DNA of 64,000 nucleotides from Ylistrum balloti (Eukaryota): NCBI RefSeq assembly GCF_031769215.1, contig NW_026782452.1, positions 744,001 to 808,000 of the forward strand, read 5' to 3'. Shown piece by piece: positions 52,701 to 64,000 of this stretch (position 1 is its first letter; each line of letters starts with the position of its first letter). The notes under the pieces were generated by a model. It saw only the letters and a program-made list of their open reading frames with translations, ran no database searches and was not told where the DNA came from. The position numbers and the translations under genes were made by a program.

Positions 52701-55053
52701 ATAATGCATCATTTTATCTTTAATCTATAGATTTACAGTGACCTTGACCTTCAGTTGATATCCATGGATGTGAATGTTACTTACGTACCTGTCGGTAGAA
52801 TGGTAGGTAACTGTGAGGGATGAGCAGGTTGTGATGCACCTGTTCCTCCTGTCAACATCCGTCTATTCAAGGCTGACTTTGATAATGCACCCTTAGAAGA
52901 CAAAAGTTCATAATTTCACAATGGTGAAGAATCTTAAAGATCTGTATGCATATATATCAAAATAACTTTAAACAATATGTTGAATTAAGCATTAGCGTTT
53001 TTATTTCTAAATCTTCATGATGCTTAATAAATTTCCTAGATATATATATACGAAGTCATAACCAGAGTGATCATGTGGCGTCATCATTGTTCTGAAGACC
53101 ACCATGTAGCTTATACAATTTCTTTAACAACAGATTATTAACAGATCAAGGGAACCGCCATGAAGACGGGAACCGCCATGAAGACGAAAATGTCCCCTAC
53201 CATTGTACCTTTCACTATGTTACCTGTAAAGTGATACTTTACAATAACATCAGGGAACATCAAACTAAAGCATATATAATTAACTAACAAGAGTTCTGCA
53301 AAGCGGAACAAAATATGTCTGTGAATATCCAAAACAGCAAAGGGGCATAACTCTTATTCAAATTGTCTAATCAAAACCCTGTTCAGGAAAACACAATTTC
53401 ATATCATGGTGATTAAGCCTACCAAGTTTCATAAAGATCGGCTGAAAAATGTTGGGAGGAGGGACAAGATTTCTATAGTGAAATAAACAAAGGGCCATTC
53501 AAATCACCAAATCAAAACCCTGTTCAGGAAAACACAACTTCATATCATGGTGATTAAGCCTACCAAGTTTCATAATGATCGGCAGAAAAATGTAGGAGGA
53601 GATCTCCGGACAAATAAAAGTTTACGACGGACACTGGACAGACAGCACCATACCATAATATGCCCGTCTTTCAACAGGCGTATAAAAACCAAGAGGAACC
53701 TAGATATGAAATTTAAGAGAGATCCATCTAGTACTTTTCAAGATTGGAATCTGGAATATGGAAAAGGCAAAACTAAATGATTTATCAAAAATACTGGACT
53801 CACTCGCCACCAATATAAAATTTACATTGGAAACTAGCGACCGGAGTATTCCATTTCTTGATGTCTTGGTGGAAAAATGTGAAGACAAAATATGCATGGA
53901 CATATATTTTAAACCTAGATACACATCAGTACCTCCATTTTTGTTCATGCCATTTTAGAAATACAAAATGATCAATATCTTATCTAGCTAGGAGGATATG
54001 CACTATCATTAGTTCCAAATGGACATCCTAACAAAATCCTCAAAGATGGGATCAACAAGGCAATGGAATTAGAGAGAGCAATATGATTAAACCAGCTGTA
54101 AAGAATGATGCCAATGAAACTGTAATAGTCTCATCACAACTCATAATCATAGGACCCCTTGAAAATATATAGTATTTTTTCTCTTAGATTAGCTTTCCAT
54201 TAACACTGGTCATGTTTGTGGAGCATTTTGGAGTATAAATCATAAAATAACAAGGACTGTCAGAGACATGTTATGCTTCCTGAACGGGACAAAATTTAAG
54301 TATGAAAAATAACAAAGGGCAATAACTCCTACATTATGCAAAAGAGATATATGGTCCTGGTACATTGCACTTCTCCTCATCATGATCTATCTATCTATAG
54401 TTTCCTGTTGATACCTGTTACAGTTCTAGTGTAATGCTCAAAACAAAATTTAAGTATGAAAAATAACAAAGGGCAATAACTCCTACATTATGCAAAAGAG
54501 ATATATGGTCCTGGTACATTGCACTTCTCCTCATCATGATCTATCTATCTATAGTTTCCTGTTGATACCTGTTACAGTTCTAGTGTAATGCTCAAAACAA
54601 AATTTAAGTATGAAAAATAACAAAGGGCAATAACTCCTAAATTATGCAAAAGAGAGTGATGGTTCTTGTGCATTGCACTTTTCCTTGCTGAGATTCATCT
54701 ACCTATAAAGTTATATGTGTTATGCTCCAACAAAATTTTGATGGATGGACAAAGCGGCGACTATATGCTCTCCTTCTAATCAATTCCAATCCACAAATAA
54801 TGAGTGTTAACCCACAAATATTGCTAGAAATTGGAAGGAACCCATATTCAATGTTGCAATGTTTGTGCAGTAAACTACATTACAACTTGCAGTGCTGTGT
54901 GTATAATGGTAGCTGGGGTACCTGATATGTGGTGGGTCCTTGAGCAAGGTTCGCCAATGATCTGTGGTGTACATGGGTTTGTGATGGTAAACTAACTGGG
55001 CGGGCTACATTTTCAGAATCATCTGGCTGATCACCACTGCTCTGACTGCTCAT
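40738..55053 (-). CDS. SAP130: Sin3A-associated protein 130 (SAP130)-like, 18 coding exons, about 955 aa
   Basis: Exons 55053-54922, 52891-52789, 52382-52152, 51633-51393, 51205-50967, 50543-50430, 50095-49792, 49165-49053, 48228-48079, 47493-47220, 46624-46490, 45042-44930, 44697-44601, 43770-43661, 42784-42650, 42209-42106, 41830-41708 and 40887-40738 are all GT-AG and phase-consistent (2868 nt). Motifs HLPRGAAAA, SPRPSILRKR, SPRKKPRKQ, YVDDEGVR..WK..HF.RY.DVK and QGNIQRS..DQL.EA..KVLDHK match my recollection of SAP130. Confidence 0.9.
42337..42502. mobile_element. 166-bp hAT-type MITE with 5-bp TSD
   Basis: TIR CAGGGCTCTC / GAGAGCCCTG; TSD ATATC at 42332-42336 and 42503-42507. Confidence 0.8.
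42953..43050 (-). repeat. Short internally deleted copy of the HINE family seen at 54249-54773
   Basis: Shares GGGACAAAATTTAAGTATGAAAAATAAC.AAGGGCAATAACTCC and ..CGACTATATG-like ends with 54249-54773. Confidence 0.6.
45533..46280. repeat. 56-bp tandem repeat, about 13 copies, in a SAP130 intron
   Basis: Unit GAATCTGATCAGGTGTAGAACATGATGTTATGATACTATAGGGTAAGTGTGAACCA, with 53-bp variants lacking GAT. Confidence 0.95.
53286..53688 (-). mobile_element. HINE-type non-autonomous element
   Basis: Begins AACAAGAG, holds two internal copies of AAACCCTGTTCAGGAAAACACAA..CCTACCAAGTTTCAT and a GGAC-type microsatellite remnant, and ends CCCGTC..CAGGCGTATAAAAA. Confidence 0.7.
53740..54200 (+). pseudogene. 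Penelope-like RT C-terminal fragment (degenerate)
   Basis: IKFTLETSDRSIPFLDVLV..DIYFKP / DTHQYLHFCSCH..LARRICTIIS, the typical Penelope RT thumb-region signature, with frameshift and stop. Confidence 0.75.
54249..54773 (-). repeat. HINE-type element with 154-bp tandem internal units
   Basis: Units begin AAAATTTAAGTATGAAAAATAAC at 54291, 54445 and 54599; the element ends GACAAAGCGGCGACTATATGCTCTCC. Confidence 0.75.
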
Positions 55054-56429
55054 GGTAAAATCATCTGCACAAAAACCAGAAAATGCAAAATCAAATCCCG
55101 GTTAACTAAATAAGAACTATTTAGTTTGAAGAGAAAGCCTATACCATACTGGTTTTCAAAGCCCCAAAAGAAACTATCAGGAATATGAAAACTATTTACC
55201 TTTAATGACCTGAAAGTAACATTTTCAACTTTTATGTCACCATTATAAAACAAAAGAATTTAAAATTGACTTTGTTAAGGTTTATGTCTTGCTTACATTA
55301 ACAAGATAAAATGTGCATCATTAGCAGGACTAATTTTTGCGGCTCTGTGGGGTTGAATATCCCAAAAGGATTTAAAATGCTAAATTTACAAAAGATACAG
55401 TTTGCACCTTCAAATTCCCCCCTAAAGATCACTTTTCTTCCCAAAATAAAATAAAAAGTATATTTTCCAAACGAGTGGGAAAAAAAATGTTTTATCATCT
55501 TTGAAGAATGAAAGAAAACACCAGAGTATAAAATGTTTACTCTGTGAATGTTATTTATGTTTCCACATAGAGTGTATGCAGAATCAAGTATCAGAATGTG
55601 ACAAAATGTATGACTGTACACTGGGATATCTGGTGTAATGTAAACTTTGTCCGAACTCTTTCGGGGGGGGGGTTCAAGAAACTAGAAAATGCAGTGTTTA
55701 TCTAATAGTTAAAAATGTCAAACAGAGAAGGCAATTTATTCCTCCATCATGCTGTCTTGAAATTGTATTAAGCATAAAATGACAACATTGTGTTAATCAA
55801 TACATAATGTGTCAGTCTACACATATCTACAACAACTCACCACCACACGTTTACTTGTGTTGGCGAATTGCCAGGGAATGAAACGATACCGTTGAGTAAA
55901 CCCTGAGTGGTTTTGGGCTTACAGTATACATGTTGTACATGTTAAGTACAAGGCTGTACTACGACATCGTCAGTAAAAAAAGTTTCCAGCACAAAAAAAC
56001 TTTGAAACAGGCATATGCCTTTGCTAAGTCGGTCAGGTACCAGTGAAATAGTTTCCGAGACGCCCCCTCATATTCGTCTAGTGCCGTCATGACAGAATAC
56101 AAAAATGTACGGAGTTGAAATACCCGCCATAACGTAACAACCCATTGATGTATGTTTGGTATAACACTGAAGTCCAATTCACGTAAAATACACCGATAAC
56201 ACTCATTGTTGATGATTAACGAGGATTGCAATACACGATGCTTGAAAATTCACAAAACATACAGATCAAACAGGATCAACCTGTGTGTTAGCCGAATAAG
56301 CCTTCCAACCGAATCCACAGTTTTAAATGTATGGTTAATTAAAAGGTTTATTCAATACCGACTAGTTACTATATACGGCTTACCTATTCATTTTCAGAAT
56401 TAGTCGTCTATGAGGAATTATCCAAATTC

Positions 56430-56520
56430 TGTTACCGACTCGTCGTGTTTTCCTTTGCTTCCGAGGTCAGAGAAATGTAACTCCAACACTGCGTTGTAAA
56501 CTTAAATTTCATTGGCTGTT
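56430..56520 (-). promoter_or_regulatory. Possible non-coding first exon / promoter of SAP130
   Basis: The exon with the ATG has an upstream acceptor at 55065-55066, so a 5' UTR exon must exist. Here the minus strand reads CTCGGAAGCAAAGGAAAACACGACGAGTCG|GTAAC (ETS-like CGGAAG, CpG-rich, donor-like). Inference only. Confidence 0.35.
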
Positions 56521-59422
56521 ATCCATCATGACGAACATCTGCCTAGGGTTCACTATAGTCTGTTTCAAAGTTTTCAGTTCAACTAGGGTGAAAGGTTATG
56601 GGTTATAACTAGGTAAGACGCCAAAGTGAGACTTCACACGATTAAAACCTTTTTTAAGTCCGCGATATTACTATATCGAAATGAATACAAATTCCGACAT
56701 TAAACAAGAAATGTCAAATGAAAATGCCACTGGAAAAAAATAGCACTCTTCGTTTTGATAATGCCAATCAAGTGTTAAAGAGATCGGTGAAAAATGAAAG
56801 AAGGCAAATAGCCTAACAGCACACAAGGTTTCAAAGTGAACATTTATTTCGAACTGATTGAGGAAAGGAAAAGGGAAGTGTCACGGCCATACCATAATTT
56901 GAAAAGACTAGTTGTGAGGTCTTGGTTTTTTTTAATAAAGGCCTGAATGATGTAATTATAGTTTCATAAATCAAGAATGAAGTACAGTTAAATTAAAAAT
57001 TTTGTTAAACCGCATCACCAATTAAAAAAAATACATGATTACATTTGTTGTATCTAATCAAAACATACCAACTTTTAATTCTTTAATATGAAATTTCTCC
57101 TGGTTTGGGTTTCCTGGTTAGAGTTCTCCATTGCCTTCCTGATTGCTTTGAAGTGTCTCTTAAACTCTATAATTGTTGTCTCCTTTATTGGTGATTTCCT
57201 TGTGTCTACTTTATCAACGTATGCCCCCTTCCCCGTTTGGCGTCTCTTTTGTATTGTGGTTCATATTGCCTCCCATGCTTTAAATGTCTCTTTTGTAAAG
57301 AGGACAATTTTGTCTAGCTCTCTTTTGCTTGGGTGTCTCCTTGGTAAGATGATTAGTGTTGTCTTCCCTTGTTTTGTTGAAGTTATTGTTGTCTCCCTTT
57401 GATTTAGTGTCTCTAATGTATTGAGACTAATATGGACTACCCTTATTTGTTTTGATGTTTTTTTAACATTTTACTCAATGTTGTCTTCTTTTGTTTTCGT
57501 GTCTCCTGTGTAAAGGGATAATGTTGTCCCCTCACCTACATTGGTTGTTTCTCTCCTTTATAATGAGGAGGATGTGACATGGTGTCTTCAGTGATTTTTG
57601 TTTTGGAATCTAACTCTTATCAACTCGCAGTTAAATCAACCATTGTATTTCGTTTTACTGTTGTTTAAAGCCCTCTCCGTATTTGATATTTCCTGTCTGA
57701 TTTAGCACCTGCACGTTATTACTGTTTAATGCTATCTTGTTTTGCTGTTTTCCATTATTTCTTTATACATCACCTATTTTTGTTCTCCGTAATTTTTCTT
57801 TGTAGTCTCGTTCTCTTTCTTGTTTTTATGTCTCCAGGTCCTGATGTTTTCGTTTTTGTCCTCTTTGCTCTCCAGTGCTGCCATTTTATGCCGTTTTGGT
57901 TTGGATATTTGTTTTGAACCCCAGTCCTATATGTAAGAGCAAATCAGTTTCTAGAACTACCATTTTTCTTTAAACTTATATCAATCAGAATACTGGAATT
58001 CCAATTATAATACTGGAATTTCCATCATCTGCTTTTGAGACAGAGTCACGTGAGAAATGTGTTTTTCTTAGTCCCCAAGGTTTTCTGTAATTTGCATGCC
58101 ATAATATTCTAATTCATTTCAATAGTAGCATGGTCAGAATATACATATGTACCTATTTTTTTTAAATCATGCAATAGTGCAATTCCTGAAATTAATTGAA
58201 TTTTGTAGTTAAGTCCATTTTCCATCTAGATTTTGACATTTCTATTGACAAATTTAGATTTTTCTTCGTTGCCTTTTACATTTCAAATTTAGGCCTTGAA
58301 GGACACATGTTCCATGCAATTTGATCTATGATTTGATTTTATCTAATTCATAATGTGAACTGAAAGGTGCTAAATACTAGTGTACAAACGTCCTTCTTCT
58401 TGTCACCAACATAGTACCAGTTAATAAGCCCTCTACCATCACTGGAGTTTTAGCAGAAACACTGATAAATGTTTTGTCATTGTCCAGTAATAGGCTCCCT
58501 CCCCAACTTTTGAGTTTTTAGTGTTGGCCACCCAGTAATTTCTAATGGATAACTGTGGCATATATACATAAATAAAATGACAAGACATTCATTCTCACTG
58601 TTTATTTTATTTGCATTCATCTAACTAGTCTATTAAAAGTTTTATTTTTTTTCTGTACAAAGAATGAAAAAAAAGAGTAAAAAAAAACTGCATGTAAATA
58701 AAAGGGGAGGTAATTCTTGATTTTAAAGACTATACAAAAACTTGATACCAAATCTCTACCCTGAGTTGTCCTTGTTTACCGTATTAGTGGGTGTAAAGAA
58801 CAACACTTTGTATATCATGCGTCAATACATAGCAATTAAAGCATTACCAAATTTACCTACCATACTTATTTCATGGACTGAAAAAAACAAGAATTTGTTT
58901 AAACTAGGTCAATAAAGTTGGGAAGAGTTCAGAATGTGTCTATCCATACCTATGACGTACCTGTATTGCTAGGCAAATATTACTCATAATGCAAGACAGA
59001 AAGCATTGATCAACTTCGGATTTTAAAACATTTTGTATCGGTAATAAGTAAGGCAATGTACAAATATATTTTGTATTAGAAAACTAATATTTTCCGATAA
59101 ATTCTATTCTGTAGATCTGATTATGTATATAATCCAATTAGGAAACTATTCTGAATAGTATTATTCTCCATGTAAACTTATTAGTTAGAATTATATAAAG
59201 AGTACGAGTGAAGTTATAGATATTTATGATTAAGCATATCAGAAGAAATAGAAACAATACTTTTTTTATTTCAGAATCCGAATAAAACATAATGGAAAAA
59301 TTGGATTTCTAACAATAATGCAAGTGTCAAATATCCAGAAACAGTTAAAACAAAAATTGAAGAGTCAGAAAACAAAAAATATGTTGTATCGTTTAAAAGA
59401 ATATCATGTTTTCCAGTTTTGA

Positions 59423-59748
59423 AACAAGAGGCCTAAAGAACCTGTATTGCCTACATTATTTCAGCAGACTTGTCACAATTACTTGTATATCCAGTTCTTT
59501 TGAACTTTTCTGGTTCTGTCCAACAAGAGGGAACTGGAACGAACTGGATCAATTCCTCTATAGGTCCAGAGCATCCTTTCCTTTCATAAATTTTTATTTA
59601 CCTCTATTTCAATAATGCTTATCCTTTCTGCCCCCTGCAGGGTCAGGTCTTTGGTTTTAAAGTAGTGTTTTAAAGATAACGTTAACGGAGGGACAGAAGG
59701 ATGCCACGCCACGCCATAAGCTCACATGGTGAATTGGGTGAGCTTAAA
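59423..59748 (-). mobile_element. HINE-type non-autonomous element
   Basis: AACAAGAGGCC at one end and the hairpin AGCTCAC...GTGAGCTTAAA at the other; same architecture as 18181-19013, inverted. Confidence 0.7.
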
Positions 59749-60224
59749 GCAGTGATCATGACCATGACCAAACACTGTCCTGGATTTCGGGATTCAAGTC
59801 ATATTGTGATATTGGGACTTTGAACATCTACATATACCAGTTTATCATTATATAATTATATTTTAACTGTGCCTCTGTGATAATTACGACAAGATATTGT
59901 ATTTATAGAACAATGAACATCAGTCATAGTATAGATGGTAAAGATATTTCTATGCTGGAAATATTTGGGAATATATTCTTTGGTACACAAAGAAGGGAAC
60001 TCTTTTTAATATTCATGATGGTATGGGTGTAAATTGGAAACATTTATACAGATAATACTTAAAGAACCATTGTGAATTCACACTGACAAATCCCCATTGA
60101 AAATTTGTGAAATGTTAGGCTTCTAATCCTAGAGATGATGTTACTGAACTGACACATGTAGATATAAATATATATAAAGAGACAGAGACAGAAAGAGTGA
60201 GAGATAGGCAAACAGAGTGAGAGA

Positions 60225-60378
60225 NNNNNNNNNNNNNNNNNNNNNNNNNNNNNNNNNNNNNNNNNNNNNNNNNNNNNNNNNNNNNNNNNNNNNNNNNNNN
60301 NNNNNNNNNNNNNNNNNNNNNNNNNNNNNNNNNNNNNNNNNNNNNNNNNNNNNNNNNNNNNNNNNNNNNNNNNNNNNN
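60225..60378. other. Assembly gap (154 N) preceded by a GA/GACA microsatellite
   Basis: Run of N; GA-rich tract at about 60175-60224. Confidence 0.99.
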
Positions 60379-63300
60379 GTTGTGGGGAACTCTCAGCAGT
60401 CTTAGGACCAACGTTATGGGGTTTGCTCAGTTTGTGGGGAATTTTCTAGTTCCCCACAATTACATATGGTATATTTTCGTGATCCTGGTGTAAATCTGAA
60501 CAAAATGAGGCCAAACATGGAAAATTCCTTATAATACGTATTATGGACTATCACTTCACCGTAAACCGACTGTCTAGGAATCATGGGTAATTTCCCATTA
60601 GGTACCTCTTTGCCATGTTCTTAGATGCTGTATTTCTTTGCGGGAAAAAATAGCGTGAAAATATATATCGCTTTATGGGGAAGAGTTACAAAAAAAGTCT
60701 CACTGCTATCAAGTTATCTTCCTATATAAAATACATGTACCTATAAGTAAGAATAAACAAAATACTAATTTCAAAATAGTATATATATATCCGGATTTTG
60801 AAGTAATTTAATCAGTAATTGATCTAACATCAAATGTTAAATAGTAAATGGGTTGTAAGAAGGATGGGTTGGGTCAACAATTCCATCATAATCCTCCAGA
60901 CACCCAATAACGCCTCTCTTCAACTTATATTTGTCCCCTTCCAATCTTTTCTGCTTTCTCGCAACCATAACTGTTATTGTGTTACTATGTTTTTTTACGT
61001 TCATACTGGGTATCAGCAGTTCGATATCATCATCTTTTCATCGTCACATGCATATAAACTTATAACATACTCCTGTTCTTTTCTCTGTAGTTCCTAATAT
61101 GGTAATTGCAATGTATTTAAAAATATTATCAAGTGATTATGACCCCAGTTCCCTTTATCTACGTACTCTGAAGAAATTTCCGCCAAAAATGACCGGACTT
61201 TCACGGTCCTTATCACCACTGTAGATCCGATAAGTTGGATATGGAAGATCGGGGGCACGATTGATGCCCCCACCTCAGTTGTTGCACTGAAAGCAAGACC
61301 TGTTCCAGAAATGGGACAGACGGATGGATGGAGGGACGAAAATGATACCGCATTAGAAATCCATTTTTCCATGGTTTTATGCTCAGCTATGTTATTCACC
61401 AGTTATTATTACATACAGTGCGCTTTGTTGAGAACAGAGACGTATGTAACACGCATACGTTTCTGCTGAGAAGCACGTGATGGATATTGGACAAGTTTGA
61501 CAGGTGTGTTACTGTGCACGTGCTGAATTCTGGCAGGTGTTCTGAGTAAAGCATGATTCGTACGACGTGATGTATACAAATTGTATCGGCGACAGAGACG
61601 TTGTACAATATTTGAGCTAAGTATAAATCGTTACCGGTACAATCGAACCAAACAAAGGGAAAAGGGAGGAAGAATGATGGGAACAAGGGAGTGAAGGAGG
61701 AGAAAGAGAATATAGGTTGGAGACACATTTCATCTGAAGCTTCCTGCTGGCACGCTCTCTAAATTGACAGATTGTGTGGCGATTGAAACAACTGTCGGCA
61801 TTTTCATACCAGTTACAGTAGCTATAAAACGCCACATGTACTTGGGAATGCATATAACATTTCGAGGATATTTGTTACAAGTCTTTTGCTCTAATCGGAG
61901 TCTTATATCACTGATTTAAATGTATAAGTCGACAAACTTCTATTTCTCGATACGTGTAAATCGTCACTGAATGCCATCTACAGGAAAGGTCGTCTGAAAA
62001 CTTTTTGGGAAACTAGAAAATGAAAACGGTTTTTGTTAAGAATGATTCAATCAAACTACAATCACATAGAATTCCAACATTTAAATATATTAGATATATA
62101 TATCCTTTCCATATCCTATCGTATTTATATATCATGAACACACAGAAATCGTAATGTTAAAGATATTCAAAGACATTATAGAATATACATGTATTTTTTA
62201 ATGTATAATAATGCGTCATAAAAAAACATGTCTAACCAAACAGTGACTAGTGGCTTATTAGACATGATAATTAAATATATAATGATTAGCTAAGTGTCAG
62301 AGGAGGAGTGAGGAGAGGGATGGGGCAGGGGTTATGGTTGGGGTGGGGTGGGGATCTGTTATTATACCAATCTGACAACAGTGCAGTATGCTTTATAATG
62401 ACTTATTCAAATTATTAATCTACAATGTATATTGATAAATCGTAGGTATTTTGTTATGTACAAACAAGATTAACTGACGGACTGGGAAAGATGTGTAGAC
62501 AGATTCTTTACAGACATACCAAATTGAAAGAAGCACGACGAGGTTGAAACTAGTTTTTAAAATGTTTCAGTCGACATATTGTGTATACCACACATGTAAC
62601 ATGTAACTGGGACGATTAGTGAAAATCGGTGACATCTACTCATAATTTCTCCAAGCACATTCTCACACACACACACATATGTAATACATATAGTGTGGAT
62701 TACAATTTGAAGTCTTTGTGTTCTTTTAGTTACAAACATGTACTCTGTAACTGTCTCTTTATTTTCACCATATATATAGATTATATTGGTATCGCATATT
62801 TAGCCAAATATATTGCTTAATATAAGGAACTATATTGTGTCCAGAATTTAAACCGTGTCCATTCCTTTGTTATATACACAAACGTATATTATATATCTAT
62901 ATACCGAGTAGGAATATCTTGGTCATTTTATCACAATGACCAATGAAATCGTTCGTACATAATGACAGCCAATCAGATACATATAAAAATTGCACGTTTT
63001 GCTGCAGTGAAAAAATTGGGCGCATTTTTCATTAGCGAAAAAATGTCCGGACGAGCTGCCTCTGTGGATAAGGTCTGTGTCAAATTTGTTACTTCTCAGC
63101 AACTTACACATGTATTACGTATATAATTATTATAAAGATTGATATAAATGTTGTTGTGAACGTCGTATTTTCAGCAAATTCACATTTTGAAAGTATTGAA
63201 ATGGGTTCCACAAACAGAAACATGTACAATCTGTAAAACCTTCATCAATCAAAGTCATTCACACGTAAGAGGTCGTATGGTTGATATTAATTCCATTTTC

Positions 63301-64000
63301 TAATCGTATCAAAATGCAAATTTTACACACACACAATGGGAAATGATTGATTTTTTTCTTGTTTGTTTTTTTTTTGTTTTGTTTGTTTTTTAATCAATTG
63401 GTAGACTGTTCAGTATTTGCGAGTACTGCCATGTTAATCAACTGTTAGAATGTTCAGTATTTGCGAGTACTGCCATGTTTACCATATTTCAAGTTTCATA
63501 ATATGATTGCATTTGTTAGTTCGATTTTGAAAAGTATCCTTTTTACGTTGTGTAAATAAGGGGAATAACTCGTGCCGATCATTACTGAACTGAATGCAAT
63601 TTTTTTTTATAAATACATCTATACACATACATTTTATTTTCTTGTCTTTAAATATTGATTTGATTCCCAGTCGAAATATGCTTGTATTTGTTTGATTAAA
63701 AGAAAAATTCCGGAAATTATTTATTTTTATATTATAATTCTTATTATATTTTTTAACCGGTTAAATATACGTAAGTGTTAATTCCATTACTTTATAAACA
63801 CATGGGATTCAGAAATGAACGGACTAATGCTAAAATTAAATTTGATGTGTTGTTTGAAAAGTTTTTTCGATATGTTTCACAATACTGAATCCAACCTTTA
63901 TATCTTAATATATATATGTAATATATACTTATGTATATGTATAGTTTTGATTGAGTTGTCTCCCCTTGTAAAATATTTCCATTGTTTTAATACAGATCAA

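Noticed and set aside
57088-57920. Strand-biased A-rich (minus) region with recurrent GAGACA, LINE-like in composition
   Set aside because: It has multiple stops and no RT or endonuclease motif; it may be an old retroelement relic but cannot be assigned.
60115-60411. ORFs spanning the N run
   Set aside because: Artefacts of the assembly gap.
61094-61853. Overlapping 78-110 aa minus-strand ORFs
   Set aside because: No domain similarity and low-complexity Phe/Pro/Ser content arising from a purine tract; not supportable as CDS.
63407-63479. 29-bp direct duplication TGTTCAGTATTTGCGAGTACTGCCATGTT (similar small duplications at about 53149-53184 and 42513-42610)
   Set aside because: Ordinary local slippage duplications with no further structure.

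Overview
AT-rich, intron-containing animal genomic DNA; the repeat types suggest a mollusc, probably a bivalve (inference). The window has two parts. (1) 6647-35627 is a 29-kb nested transposon stack. The outer element is a decayed Ty3/Gypsy LTR retrotransposon with a CAAC target-site duplication (TSD), gag, a -1 frameshift signal and PR-RT-RH-IN plus a chromodomain-like tail. Its gag is split by a 16.8-kb DNA transposon with ~330-bp terminal inverted repeats (TIRs), TAT..ATA ends and a 6-bp CTCGGG TSD. That transposon carries a 4-exon IS3/IS481-like DDE transposase and, facing it tail-to-tail, a multi-exon HECT-type E3 ubiquitin ligase gene with a UBZ-like zinc finger. The Gypsy RT is split by a 3.6-kb hAT element with a 5-bp TSD, and pol holds an in-frame His/Cys-rich 33/27-bp minisatellite. 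(2) 40738-55053 (minus strand) is an intact 18-exon SAP130-like host gene whose introns hold a satellite, MITEs, Helentron-type non-autonomous repeats (HINEs) and a Penelope-like RT fragment. The most notable system is the ubiquitin-ligase-carrying DDE transposon. All calls come from manual reading; no database search was run.
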